DNA of 64,000 nt, from NCBI GenBank assembly GCA_943789445.1, contig CALSUC010000001.1:306168-370167 (forward strand), given 5' to 3'. Origin of the DNA: an uncultured Gammaproteobacteria bacterium (GTDB lineage: Bacteria; Pseudomonadota; Gammaproteobacteria; UBA4575). Both the position numbers and the translations under genes were made by a program. How positions within the stretch are numbered: position 1 is the first letter of the stretch; each line of letters begins with the position of its first letter. Positions 10,120 through 19,256 of the stretch are shown here, piece after piece. Below the pieces are notes generated by a model. That model was not told the origin of the DNA and searched no databases. It saw only the letters and a program-made list of their open reading frames with translations.

Positions 10120-10440
10120 CTAGTGCTTAGGGTCTTTATCACTAGGGCCTTTACTGATCGATTTTTTGAGCGAGTCCATCGACACTACTGCGGTAGTCTT
10201 CGGCTCATCAGCGTAACGTGGGCGAAGAAGTTCTAGGTCGATGCCTAGCTCCTCTGATAGCTCGCGTTCACGTGCAGAGATCAGACCAAAACATTGGCGG
10301 ATGTCTTCTATCGTTGTTTCGTTAAGGACGTTACGCATGCCAGGGCCACTAGGCGCGGTATCCTTTACAATGGCAGCGAGGACCTTACGCATAGTGAGTA
10401 AGATTCGTTGTTCTTTACTGGGTTTTTTGTCGTCTGTCAT
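10120..10440 (-). CDS. hypothetical protein (106 aa), first gene of a small three-gene operon
   Basis: Clean ORF with a 13-nt gap to the next gene on the same strand; no recognisable motif. Confidence 0.4.
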   Translation of the reverse strand: MTDDKKPSKEQRILLTMRKVLAAIVKDTAPSGPGMRNVLNETTIEDIRQCFGLISARERELSEELGIDLELLRPRYADEPKTTAVVSMDSLKKSISKGPSDKDPKH

Positions 10441-10568
10441 GTCTACAGATATCTATTAAGGTTGTTGTTTTCTTGAGCTTTTCAGTATTCAAGCATAGCA
10501 TGCCTCTAAGTCGATCGCGTAGAGCTGTAAAGGTGATTATTTTGAATATTCCAAAAGAGGATTTACTT

Positions 10569-10880
10569 ATGGCCGATGCTAGTATTAAATTTTCTCCAGG
10601 TGATATCGTTAAACACGGAAAATTTCACTATCGTGGTGTTATTTTTGATGTTGACCTTATATTTGAGGGGAGTGAGGAGTGGTATGAGCAGGTTGCACTA
10701 TCACGTCCACCGAAAGATGCGCCTTGGTACCATGTATTAGTCGATGGATCGAAGAACATCACCTATGTGGCGGAACGTCACCTAGTCTTATCAGATGATT
10801 TCAGCGGGATTGACCATCCCTTAGTTAAAGAATTATTTACTGGCCAAGTTGGCCAACATTATCAGGTGTATCAACAATAA
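10569..10880 (+). CDS. hspQ: heat shock protein HspQ / YccV-like hemimethylated-DNA-binding domain protein
   Basis: KFSPGDIVKHGKFHYRGVIFDVD and APWYHVLVDG motifs typical of HspQ. Start set at the internal Met; the 5' extension in the ORF track is probably spurious. Confidence 0.7.
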   Translation: MADASIKFSPGDIVKHGKFHYRGVIFDVDLIFEGSEEWYEQVALSRPPKDAPWYHVLVDGSKNITYVAERHLVLSDDFSGIDHPLVKELFTGQVGQHYQVYQQ

Positions 10881-10885
10881 CTATT

Positions 10886-11353
10886 ATGTTTAAAAAAATT
10901 GAACAGTGGCTAAGTAGCACACTTAAAAAGAAGGTTGAGGAAGACGATAAACGCACCACGGATTTAGCAGCAGCGATACTCATGCTGGAAATTAGCCGTG
11001 CTGATTTAAAAATTGTCGATAGTGAAAAACAGGCGATAGTGAAAAATCTAGTGAATCAGTTTGCTTTGTCAGATGAAGAAGCTGCGGCCTTGTTGGAGCA
11101 TGCGATGTCTGATCAAGATCAACATCTTTCAGCGCATCCGCTGATACGAATGATTAATGACGAGATGGATATCGAGGCTAGACGAGAATTAATGCGAGGG
11201 ATGTGGCGAGTTGCTTATGCGGATGGAGAACTTGAAAAATATGAGGAATATCATCTTCGTAAGACTGCCGATTGGCTTTATCTCTCACACGCTGACTTTA
11301 TGAAAAGTAAGCATGCAGTGATGGACGAATTAGATATCCCTCATGAAGTCTGA
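10886..11353 (+). CDS. TerB-family (tellurite-resistance-like) protein
   Basis: 155-aa helical protein with TerB-like paired acidic helices (ELMRGMWRVAYADGELEKYEE). Confidence 0.55.
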   Translation: MFKKIEQWLSSTLKKKVEEDDKRTTDLAAAILMLEISRADLKIVDSEKQAIVKNLVNQFALSDEEAAALLEHAMSDQDQHLSAHPLIRMINDEMDIEARRELMRGMWRVAYADGELEKYEEYHLRKTADWLYLSHADFMKSKHAVMDELDIPHEV

Positions 11354-11368
11354 GGCGTAAATAACGCC

Positions 11369-11704
11369 TTAGACCATATCTTTCAAACCTTTTAAAGGCA
11401 GAATTTTAACGGCCTTACGGGCAGGTTTTGCTGCAAATACAGTCTCTTCGCCAGTGAAAGGGTTAATACCTTTACGTGCTTTAGTAGCAGGCTTCTTAAC
11501 AGACTTAATTTTGCAGAGACCTAGCACGTTGAATAAGCCTGAACCACGTGGCTTAAGTTCTTTCGCAATGAGTTCTTCTAGCGATGTGAAAACAGCCGCG
11601 ACTTGCTTGCGAGTGAGTTCAGTATCGGTAGCGATTGCATTTAGAATTTCTGATTTTGTTGGTGCTTTTTTTACAGCCGGAGCTGCTTTCTTTTTAACGG
11701 CCAT
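11369..11704 (-). CDS. HU-family DNA-binding protein with a lysine/alanine-rich N-terminal extension
   Basis: HU/IHF core (NAIATDTELTRKQVAAVFTSLEELIA ... GINPFTGEE) preceded by MAVKKKAAPAVKKAPTK; GAGGA Shine-Dalgarno sequence upstream. Confidence 0.8.
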   Translation of the reverse strand: MAVKKKAAPAVKKAPTKSEILNAIATDTELTRKQVAAVFTSLEELIAKELKPRGSGLFNVLGLCKIKSVKKPATKARKGINPFTGEETVFAAKPARKAVKILPLKGLKDMV

Positions 11705-11903
11705 TTTTTATAGATCCTCTATGTGCGAGTGTGTCGATTGATTGACTTAATTTTTTATTTCGTCGATTTTTTTGAGTGTTTGATAGAGACACTCAAAATC
11801 AAACTTTCTTATTGTGATCAAATTGTACACAAGCTAATGATGAGTGCCAATGCTATTCGTAACTAAATTACACTATAAATAGCTCTATAAAACTCGTTTT
11901 TAC

Positions 11904-12452
11904 TCAAACAGAACGTAACATAATGAGCACGCAGTACAAAACAAAGATAACCGCCATTGCTGATAAGTCGATGACACCCGCTGGTGGGACATAACGACGT
12001 GCCAGCGATAACATAGGTTGTGTCAGGCTATCTAAGATCGATAGCATGGGATTGCTGTTGCTATATGAGTTTACGAACCAACTCATTACGGCGCGAATCA
12101 TGACCGAGTAGAGCAAAATAGTAATTAATTTTTCAGCGACAGCGATTATGGCAATGGGGATGATCTGAACGATATGAAATTGCACTTCACGTATTGTCAG
12201 AATCAGATAGAGGTGGAGTAAAGACAGCCCAAATATAAGTAACCAGGTGGCTGAGTCGATACGGCCAAGCGCAGGGATGATTCTACGTACAGGGTTAACC
12301 ATGGGGTCAGTGACTTTGACGACAAATTGCGCGACTGGGTTGTAAAAATCTGCTTTTACCCAAGCCAAGAGAATACGAATTATTAACAGCGCGATATAGA
12401 TGCTTAATAAGCTATCGACGATGAAATAAGAAAGATTAGTAAGGGCTTGCAC
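11904..12452 (-). CDS. yggT: YggT-family membrane protein
   Basis: Two YggT repeats in 182 aa; conserved position next to proC and yggS. Confidence 0.75.
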   Translation of the reverse strand: MQALTNLSYFIVDSLLSIYIALLIIRILLAWVKADFYNPVAQFVVKVTDPMVNPVRRIIPALGRIDSATWLLIFGLSLLHLYLILTIREVQFHIVQIIPIAIIAVAEKLITILLYSVMIRAVMSWFVNSYSNSNPMLSILDSLTQPMLSLARRYVPPAGVIDLSAMAVIFVLYCVLIMLRSV

Positions 12453-12477
12453 CAGCTAGGCTCCTGCTTTTTGGTGG

Positions 12478-13305
12478 TTATTCAAAAGATTGGCTAATTT
12501 CTTTACTGCGTTCGGCTGCGGCTTGCAGTGCTTGTGTAATGAGATCTTGTAAATCATTGGCGCTGAGACTGCGTAGCGCCGCTTCGGTGGTGCCTCCCTT
12601 AGAGGTCACATTACTGCGTAATTGGGCAAAGCTTGCGTCCGATGCGAGTGCTAATTTGGCCGCGCCATGGATCATTTCTAGTGTCAGTAAGGTGCTTTGT
12701 TCGGCACTTAAGCCTAGGGCCTGGCCACTTTCCTGCAAGCACTCCATGAAATAGAACAGGTAAGCCGGTCCGCTGCCTGATAATGCAGTCACCGCATCTA
12801 ATTCAGACTCATCATTCAGCCAGAGTGTCTTGCCGACACTACGCAGTATGTTATCTGCCCTATCGCGATAGATGGCAGCAGTATTTTTATCGGTATAGAG
12901 GCCACTCATGCCATAGCCAATCGCTGCTGGTGTGTTTGGCATAGAGCGCACAACAATCGCTGAAGTCCCTAGATTGTCTTGTAATGATTGGTAAGGAATA
13001 CCGGCTGCTACCGATATAAATAGGCTTTTAGCTGTGTCCATTGAGGCGGCGATATCGCGGCACAGTTGCAGTGTGTCTTTTGGTTTGAGCGCAAGGATGA
13101 AACTGGCGGGTGATGCCAAGGCCGCATTAAACGTCGACAGCGAACAGTCTGGGAAGTCTAGGGCCAAGCGATCGGCATCGGCAGTCTCACGATAGACTAA
13201 GTGTATCTGCTCGGCTGGAACGTTATTATTTAACAGTCCACGCACTAGGCTGGCGCCCATATTACCTACGCCAATTACGACAATTTTTTCATATTCGTCT
13301 TGCAT
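12478..13305 (-). CDS. proC: pyrroline-5-carboxylate reductase
   Basis: NAD(P)-binding IGVGNMGASL and a ProC C-terminal dimerisation domain; synteny. Confidence 0.9.
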   Translation of the reverse strand: MQDEYEKIVVIGVGNMGASLVRGLLNNNVPAEQIHLVYRETADADRLALDFPDCSLSTFNAALASPASFILALKPKDTLQLCRDIAASMDTAKSLFISVAAGIPYQSLQDNLGTSAIVVRSMPNTPAAIGYGMSGLYTDKNTAAIYRDRADNILRSVGKTLWLNDESELDAVTALSGSGPAYLFYFMECLQESGQALGLSAEQSTLLTLEMIHGAAKLALASDASFAQLRSNVTSKGGTTEAALRSLSANDLQDLITQALQAAAERSKEISQSFE

Positions 13306-13338
13306 CTAATGCCCCTACAGTGGTCTCTTATACTGTCT

Positions 13339-14040
13339 TTATTTCTTAATTACTTCACGGCGGCCAAAGATGGCGGTGCCGATTCTCACGATGCTAGAGC
13401 CAGAGGCTATAGCGGCTTCAAAATCATTACTCATACCCATCGATAGGGTATCCAGAGAGATGCCTGCAGATAACAATTGCTGTTGCAGGTCTTTTATTCT
13501 ACTAAAGCTGGCGCACTGTTGCTGAAAGTCTGTGCCTGGACTGGGAATCGCCATTAGCCCACGTAAGCGTAAACCCGGTAGTGTACTAATATGCTGTGCC
13601 AGTGCGGATACATCGTCGACGGCTACGCCTGATTTGGTCTCTTCATTATCGATGTTGATTTGAATGCAGACATTCAGAGGAGCTAAATCTGTAGGCCGTT
13701 GGGTACTGAGTCGATCAGCGATAATTTCACGTTCTATGCTATGCACCCAATCAAAATGCTCAGCGATTACACGCGTTTTATTTTTTTGTATTGGACCTAT
13801 AAAGTGCCAAGTCAGCCCTAGATCGGCAAGTGCAACTACCTTATCTACACCTTCCTGCACATAATTTTCACCAAAGTCACGCTGGCCAAAGCTAGCCGCC
13901 AGTCGCACCTCTTCGATACTACGGGTCTTGCTGACAGCCATTAAGGTCACACTGCCTTTTGCTCGTGCGTGCTTCTGACAGAGCTGGTCAATCTGCTGCT
14001 GTAGAGATTGTACGGGGTGTTGTTCAGTTTGGCTGGGCAT
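13339..14040 (-). CDS. yggS: YggS-family PLP homeostasis protein
   Basis: Alanine-racemase N-terminal barrel family (MAVSKTR...); synteny with proC. Confidence 0.85.
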   Translation of the reverse strand: MPSQTEQHPVQSLQQQIDQLCQKHARAKGSVTLMAVSKTRSIEEVRLAASFGQRDFGENYVQEGVDKVVALADLGLTWHFIGPIQKNKTRVIAEHFDWVHSIEREIIADRLSTQRPTDLAPLNVCIQINIDNEETKSGVAVDDVSALAQHISTLPGLRLRGLMAIPSPGTDFQQQCASFSRIKDLQQQLLSAGISLDTLSMGMSNDFEAAIASGSSIVRIGTAIFGRREVIKK

Positions 14041-14199
14041 AGGAATGTTCGTTTAGTCGCACGGTCGTGCGTGGTCACTGTCTAGCTAGTATCGCTAGAC
14101 TTTCAGTTATAGGCAATTCATTACTGATCGCTGCCTTATGGTGGTACCAATTATTGTAACCCTAATTCTTCAAAGATGAACGATTCGAGAGTCTAAATC

Positions 14200-15183
14200 A
14201 TGTTGCAAAACTATCTAGGTCTAGCCCGTGCACAGGGTGCTTCTGATCTTCATCTTAGTGCAGGCGATGCGCCGCGCATACGTTGTGATGGCAAATTAAA
14301 GAGGCTAGAGCAGGAGACGACGGTTGTTACATCGGAGCTCTTATTAGAGGCTTTAGATGAGACTCAGCGAGCCTGCTTAGATCGAGATAAACATTATGAT
14401 TTTGCCTTACAGCTGAGTGCTAGTGAGCGTTATCGCGCCCATTATTTTTTTCAGCAATCTGGCTTGAGTGCAGTCTTTCGTGTGATCCCAGAGAATATTC
14501 CAACGCTAGATGAGCTCTCTGCCAGCAAAGGATTACGCTTAGCAGCAGAGGTCGATGCAGGATTGGTGTTACTGACGGGTGCCACTGGTAGTGGTAAGTC
14601 GACTACTCTAGCGTCTATCTTGGAGCATAAAAATCAGCGCCAACAGAGTCATATCATGACGTTGGAAGATCCTATTGAATTTAGCTTTGAATCAAAGCAA
14701 AGCATCATTAGCCAACGTCAATATAGACAGCACTATGATGATTTCAATCTGGCACTACGTGGTGCCTTACGTGCGGATCCTGACATTATCATGCTGGGGG
14801 AATTACGTGATCTAGAGACCATTCGTCTAGCATTAACGGCGGCTGAAACCGGCCATCTGGTGCTAGCTAGTTTGCATACCCGTAATGCCAGTCATTGTAT
14901 TAGTCGTATTGTTGATGTCTTTCCTGCGACTGAAAAGGAATTGGTGCGCATGGCATTAGCCGATTCATTGCGTGCAGTGATTGCACAACAATTAGTACCG
15001 GCACGTGCGGGTGGGCGTATCGCATTATTTGAGAGCCTGTTGGTCAATCCAGCGGTAGCCAATTTGATTCGTGAAAATCAGATTGTGCAATTGCTGTCAT
15101 GCATACAGACCGGGGCACAACAGGGGATGCAAAGTTTTCAGCAGGCACGAGAAGCGTTACTTGCAAAGGGCTTGCTCGATTAG
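14200..15183 (+). CDS. pilT: type IV pilus twitching-motility ATPase PilT
   Basis: Walker A GATGSGKSTT, Asp box, His box, and a PilT N-terminus (GASDLHLSAGD). Confidence 0.9.
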   Translation: MLQNYLGLARAQGASDLHLSAGDAPRIRCDGKLKRLEQETTVVTSELLLEALDETQRACLDRDKHYDFALQLSASERYRAHYFFQQSGLSAVFRVIPENIPTLDELSASKGLRLAAEVDAGLVLLTGATGSGKSTTLASILEHKNQRQQSHIMTLEDPIEFSFESKQSIISQRQYRQHYDDFNLALRGALRADPDIIMLGELRDLETIRLALTAAETGHLVLASLHTRNASHCISRIVDVFPATEKELVRMALADSLRAVIAQQLVPARAGGRIALFESLLVNPAVANLIRENQIVQLLSCIQTGAQQGMQSFQQAREALLAKGLLD

Positions 15184-15210
15184 ATTTAGAGGCGTTAGCC
15201 GAGTGGTAGA

Positions 15211-16083
15211 TTAGGCCTGTGGGTAGACGAGTTTGGCATCAAAGATAGGGCCATCAACACAGACTCTGCGCATCGACTGCTGTCCATCTTCTGTAATCAA
15301 CACATTACAACCAGCACAGCCACCGACAGCACAGGCCATGTGTTCTTCTAAGGACAGCTGACACTTCAATTGATGGCGCTGGCAAAATTCAGCGACGGCT
15401 TGCAACATCGGTGTAGGGCCACAGGCAAACACTTCAATTTTATGCTGCTCATTGCTATCGATGCCTGCTAGCCACTGTTCGGCAAGTTCATGCACATAGC
15501 CATCAAAACAACCGGCATAGCCTTGCTTGCTGCTGAGGCGTGAGGGGACGTTAATATCTTCTAATAGGCTCATGGCGGTATCGATACCATCAGGCATGCC
15601 GGCAAGTGATTGCTGAGAGCTTTTTAGATCAAATGGGAAAGGGATCTCAGAACCCATCACAACCATGGCTGTTTTATTCTGTGATTTCTTTAATTCTTCT
15701 GCAAAGAACACGATCGGTGGGATACCCACGCCACCCCCTATCAATAATGGTATGGTCTCTTCTGTACTGAGCTCGAAGCCATTACCGATAGGCCCCATGG
15801 TTTGTAAGCGATCACCCACACGTGCCTTTGCTAGGGCCGCACTGCCAGTACCCACCACCTTGAATAGTATCTCGATCCAGCCTGCGTCGGCATTGGCACG
15901 CATGACTGAGAAAGGGCGTTTCAAGGCGTAGGGGGTTTGATCACACTGCAGGTGAATGAAGTTACCTGGGGCGACGCTAGTAGCGCATTCAGGCGCTTCC
16001 AGGCGAATCACATATTGTTCGGCAGCTAAGCTCTCTAGATTAAGGACTAGCGCCTGTTCAACAAAAATACTGGGTTGATTCAT
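15211..16083 (-). CDS. PyrK-like FAD/NAD-binding oxidoreductase with a 2Fe-2S cluster (dihydroorotate dehydrogenase electron-transfer subunit family)
   Basis: RPFSV FAD motif, GGGVGIPP, C-terminal CAVGGCAGC...C cluster motif. Start codon overlaps the pyrC' stop (ATGA). Confidence 0.65.
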   Translation of the reverse strand: MNQPSIFVEQALVLNLESLAAEQYVIRLEAPECATSVAPGNFIHLQCDQTPYALKRPFSVMRANADAGWIEILFKVVGTGSAALAKARVGDRLQTMGPIGNGFELSTEETIPLLIGGGVGIPPIVFFAEELKKSQNKTAMVVMGSEIPFPFDLKSSQQSLAGMPDGIDTAMSLLEDINVPSRLSSKQGYAGCFDGYVHELAEQWLAGIDSNEQHKIEVFACGPTPMLQAVAEFCQRHQLKCQLSLEEHMACAVGGCAGCNVLITEDGQQSMRRVCVDGPIFDAKLVYPQA

Positions 16084-17360
16084 TATGACTCTGAATAAGC
16101 GAGCTTGCCGGATACAAAGGTGTGTTTCACCTTGCCCTTAAAGCGTTGTCCTAAGAAAGGTGAGTGTTTGCCGCCACTATGCATATCGCTAGCCTGTAAG
16201 GTCCATTCTTGTTTTGGATCAAACAAGCAAAGGTCAGCCGTGGCCCCTGGTGTCAGTGAGCCGGCGTCGATATTTAACATCTGTGCCGGCTTATAGGTCA
16301 CTAAGGCAATGGCCTGCTGCAGGCTGAGAAGATCTTCTTCTACTAAGCGTAAGACCAGTGGTAGCAAAGTCTCTAGCGCCGAGGCACCAATTTTAGTTGA
16401 TGCAAAGGGGGCGAGTTTTGCGTCTGCATCATGTGGTTGATGATCGGAACAAATAGCGTTGAATATTGGATTGCTAATCGCCTGACGCAGACCAGCTAAG
16501 TCATCGGCACTACGCAGGGGCGGTAGCAGATGAAAATTAGGATCAAAGGCGGGGATGTCATCATCACATAAGAAGAGCTGGTGGGCCGCGACATCGGCGC
16601 TGATATTAAGCCCTTCACTGTGTGCTAATTCAAGCATGTGAACGGCGCGCTGTGTCGATAGGCGTGCGAAGTGTACCCGTGCACCGGTGTGTTCGATTAA
16701 AGCGAGGCAGACGCCAACTGCTGCAGTTTCTCCTGCGTTTGGAATGCCGATCAAGCCCATGCGGGTTGCGGCTAGACCTTCGTTGATACAGCCATTTGCT
16801 TGTAGTGCTGGATCCATTGCTTGGTAATGCAATGTTAGGCCTTGGCCGGAGGCGTATTCCATCGCCCGGCGTAAGACTAAATTATTGGCTAGAGGGTGCA
16901 TCACATTACTGACGCCAACACAGCCTGCTTGTTTCAGTGCGGCCATCTCACTCAACATATCGCCCTTTAAGCCAGTCGTTAGGGCGGCAATAACATAAAC
17001 ATGACAGTGGCTGCTGCTGTGGCAGTGCTGCTGCACATATTCTAGTTGTGCTGCTGAGTCGATCACTGGATTACTATCTGGCATGCAGACTAGCGAGGTG
17101 ATGCCAGCGCTGACAGCGGCATGGGTCTCAGAGCTGATTGATTTCTGTTGGGTTTGGCCTGAATTGCCTAAGCGAGCCGCAATATCGACCAGACCTGGGA
17201 TGCAATAGAGCCCGCTAGCATCAATTGATTGATCGGCTTGCCAACCTGCCGGTGGTTCACCAATAGAGAGAATCTTAGCGTCGGCCATGTAGATTGTATC
17301 GACACGATCGATGTCATTGAGCGGGTCGCAGATGTGGCTATTTAAGATTTCTATTTTCAT
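16083..17360 (-). CDS. pyrC': dihydroorotase-like protein, probably non-catalytic PyrC'
   Basis: 425-aa type-I DHOase fold. The metal-binding HxH motif is replaced by PGLVDIAARLG. Lies immediately downstream of pyrB as in Pseudomonas. Confidence 0.75.
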   Translation of the reverse strand: MKIEILNSHICDPLNDIDRVDTIYMADAKILSIGEPPAGWQADQSIDASGLYCIPGLVDIAARLGNSGQTQQKSISSETHAAVSAGITSLVCMPDSNPVIDSAAQLEYVQQHCHSSSHCHVYVIAALTTGLKGDMLSEMAALKQAGCVGVSNVMHPLANNLVLRRAMEYASGQGLTLHYQAMDPALQANGCINEGLAATRMGLIGIPNAGETAAVGVCLALIEHTGARVHFARLSTQRAVHMLELAHSEGLNISADVAAHQLFLCDDDIPAFDPNFHLLPPLRSADDLAGLRQAISNPIFNAICSDHQPHDADAKLAPFASTKIGASALETLLPLVLRLVEEDLLSLQQAIALVTYKPAQMLNIDAGSLTPGATADLCLFDPKQEWTLQASDMHSGGKHSPFLGQRFKGKVKHTFVSGKLAYSES

Positions 17361-17363
17361 GAA

Positions 17364-18278
17364 TTATTGCCCCGCCAACATCGACATCACCGCCATACGC
17401 ACGGCGATTCCGTAAGACACTTGTTGCAGGATCACCGACTGTTCACCGTCGGCGACAGATGAACTAATCTCGACACCACGATTGATCGGGCCAGGGTGCA
17501 TGACGATGGCGTCTTTAGCTGCCAGCGCAACACGCTCTGAGGTCAAGCCAAAGAGTTGAAAGTATTCACGCTCACTGGGTAACAGGGCACCCTGCATACG
17601 TTCTTTTTGTAAGCGTAGGGTGATGATGACATCGGTACCGCTTAAGGCTGCTTCGACATTGTCATAGACATCGACACCTAGGGCTTCGAGCTGTGTAGGC
17701 ATCAGTGTGCGTGGTGCGACCACTCGAATCTCTTTGGCACCTAAGGTACGTAGGGCATGAATCTGTGAACGCGCGACGCGTGAGTGCAGTAGATCACCGA
17801 CAATGGTGACTTTGAGTTGATCAAAAGTCCCTTTGTGGCGACGAATAGTAAACATATCGAGCATCGCCTGAGTTGGGTGCGCATGGCGACCATCACCGGC
17901 GTTAATCACGCTGATGCCGGGAGAGGTATGCTGGCTGAGAAATTCGGCTGCGCCGCTGTCTTGATGGCGTACAACAAACATGTCGACATGCATCGCCTCT
18001 AGATTACGTAGAGTATCTAGCAGGCTCTCGCCTTTTACTGTGGCGGATGCCGCGATATTCATGGTTAGGATATCTGCCGATAAACGTTTCGCTGCAAGCT
18101 CGAAGGTTGAGCGTGTGCGCGTGCTGGCTTCAAAGAATAGATTGACGATGGTCTTGCCACGCAGCAGCGGGACTTTTTTGACCGAGAGGCCATCGGCATT
18201 GATAAACGACTCTGCGGTATCAAGAATAGCAGTCAACTGATCCAGAGTGAGTGATTCAGTTGTTAAGAAGTGCTGCAT
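17364..18278 (-). CDS. pyrB: aspartate carbamoyltransferase catalytic subunit
   Basis: STRTR carbamoyl-phosphate-binding motif, HPTQ, HPGP. Confidence 0.95.
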   Translation of the reverse strand: MQHFLTTESLTLDQLTAILDTAESFINADGLSVKKVPLLRGKTIVNLFFEASTRTRSTFELAAKRLSADILTMNIAASATVKGESLLDTLRNLEAMHVDMFVVRHQDSGAAEFLSQHTSPGISVINAGDGRHAHPTQAMLDMFTIRRHKGTFDQLKVTIVGDLLHSRVARSQIHALRTLGAKEIRVVAPRTLMPTQLEALGVDVYDNVEAALSGTDVIITLRLQKERMQGALLPSEREYFQLFGLTSERVALAAKDAIVMHPGPINRGVEISSSVADGEQSVILQQVSYGIAVRMAVMSMLAGQ

Positions 18279-18318
18279 TCGCGCTCGTCTTTTATTTATA
18301 AGTTAGTTAATGATGAAC

Positions 18319-18825
18319 CTAACTAGGGTTCAGTTCGATCACTTTTAGGCCCAGTGGTTCGGGGCCGCTTAGTTTTACCTGCTGATGGGGTTGTAGGTCA
18401 AGCCTCATACCCACTGCATCTGCACTTACGGGCAGTTCGCGCCCGCCACGATCAATCAAAACAACCAACATAACGCTGGCTGGGCGACCGTAATCAAATA
18501 ATTCATTCAACGCTGCACGCACGGTACGGCCGGTGTGTAGCACGTCATCGATCAAGATAATGTCCTTGCCGGAAATATCTAAAGGGAGCTGTGACGGTTT
18601 AACCTGAGGATTAAGCCCGATCTGACTAAAGTCATCACGGTAGAAAGAAATATCTAAGACACCTAGTTCGGTGCTGATATTGAGTTGGCTATGTAATCTC
18701 TCGGCAATCCAGCGTCCACCGGTATGAATGCCGACTAGAATGGGGTCTGCAACTGCGCGCTGTTCGATTAAAGCGGCAGTCTTAGTGTGTAGGTCACCTA
18801 ATAACTGATCGAGCTTGAATTCCAT
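18319..18825 (-). CDS. pyrR: bifunctional pyrimidine regulatory protein PyrR / uracil phosphoribosyltransferase
   Basis: PRTase motif VLIDDVLHTGRT; size 168 aa. Confidence 0.9.
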   Translation of the reverse strand: MEFKLDQLLGDLHTKTAALIEQRAVADPILVGIHTGGRWIAERLHSQLNISTELGVLDISFYRDDFSQIGLNPQVKPSQLPLDISGKDIILIDDVLHTGRTVRAALNELFDYGRPASVMLVVLIDRGGRELPVSADAVGMRLDLQPHQQVKLSGPEPLGLKVIELNPS

Positions 18826-18830
18826 CTAAA

Positions 18831-19256
18831 CTACCCTAGATTACTATTCATCCACGATTCCATTAGCAGGGCTGCTGCAAATGAATCGATCTCTTCTTTC
18901 TTGATCTTACCTTTATTTCGGTCGCGGCGCTCTTTCAATAAATCATAGGCGGCGTGTGAACTCAGGGTTTCATCATGTAGGCAGACTTCTTTTTTGAATC
19001 TTTCTGCCAGTTGCCGACTGAATTTAGTGATTTTCTTACGTAAGGCCTGATTGTTATCTGAATCATCTGGGATGCCAACGATCAATTTGCTGGGTTGCCA
19101 CTCGTTAATCAGTTTCTCAATTTCAGCCCAGTTTGGGCCGGCATTGGAATGCAGTGTAGTCAGAGGTTTAGCACTGGCTGTGATAGCAACACCGACCGCT
19201 ACTCCGGTGCGGCGCTCGCCAAAATCAAAGGCTAGGTAGAGATCATTAGTCGACAA
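18831..19256 (-). CDS. ruvX: Holliday-junction resolvase-like protein RuvX (YqgF)
   Basis: N-terminal LAFDFGERRTGVAV. Confidence 0.9.
   Translation of the reverse strand: MSTNDLYLAFDFGERRTGVAVGVAITASAKPLTTLHSNAGPNWAEIEKLINEWQPSKLIVGIPDDSDNNQALRKKITKFSRQLAERFKKEVCLHDETLSSHAAYDLLKERRDRNKGKIKKEEIDSFAAALLMESWMNSNLG

Noticed and set aside
10473-10568. 32-codon N-terminal extension of the hspQ ORF
   Set aside because: The HspQ/YccV domain starts at MADASIKFSPGD. The upstream residues have no homology and probably reflect an in-frame ATG in the promoter region.
15184-15210. Expected pilU downstream of pilT
   Set aside because: Absent here. The pyrK-like gene converges immediately. This is a difference from Pseudomonas synteny, not a feature.
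18321-18340. GGTTCAGTTCGATC resembling a tRNA T-arm
   Set aside because: It lies inside the pyrR coding region, and no acceptor or anticodon stems flank it.
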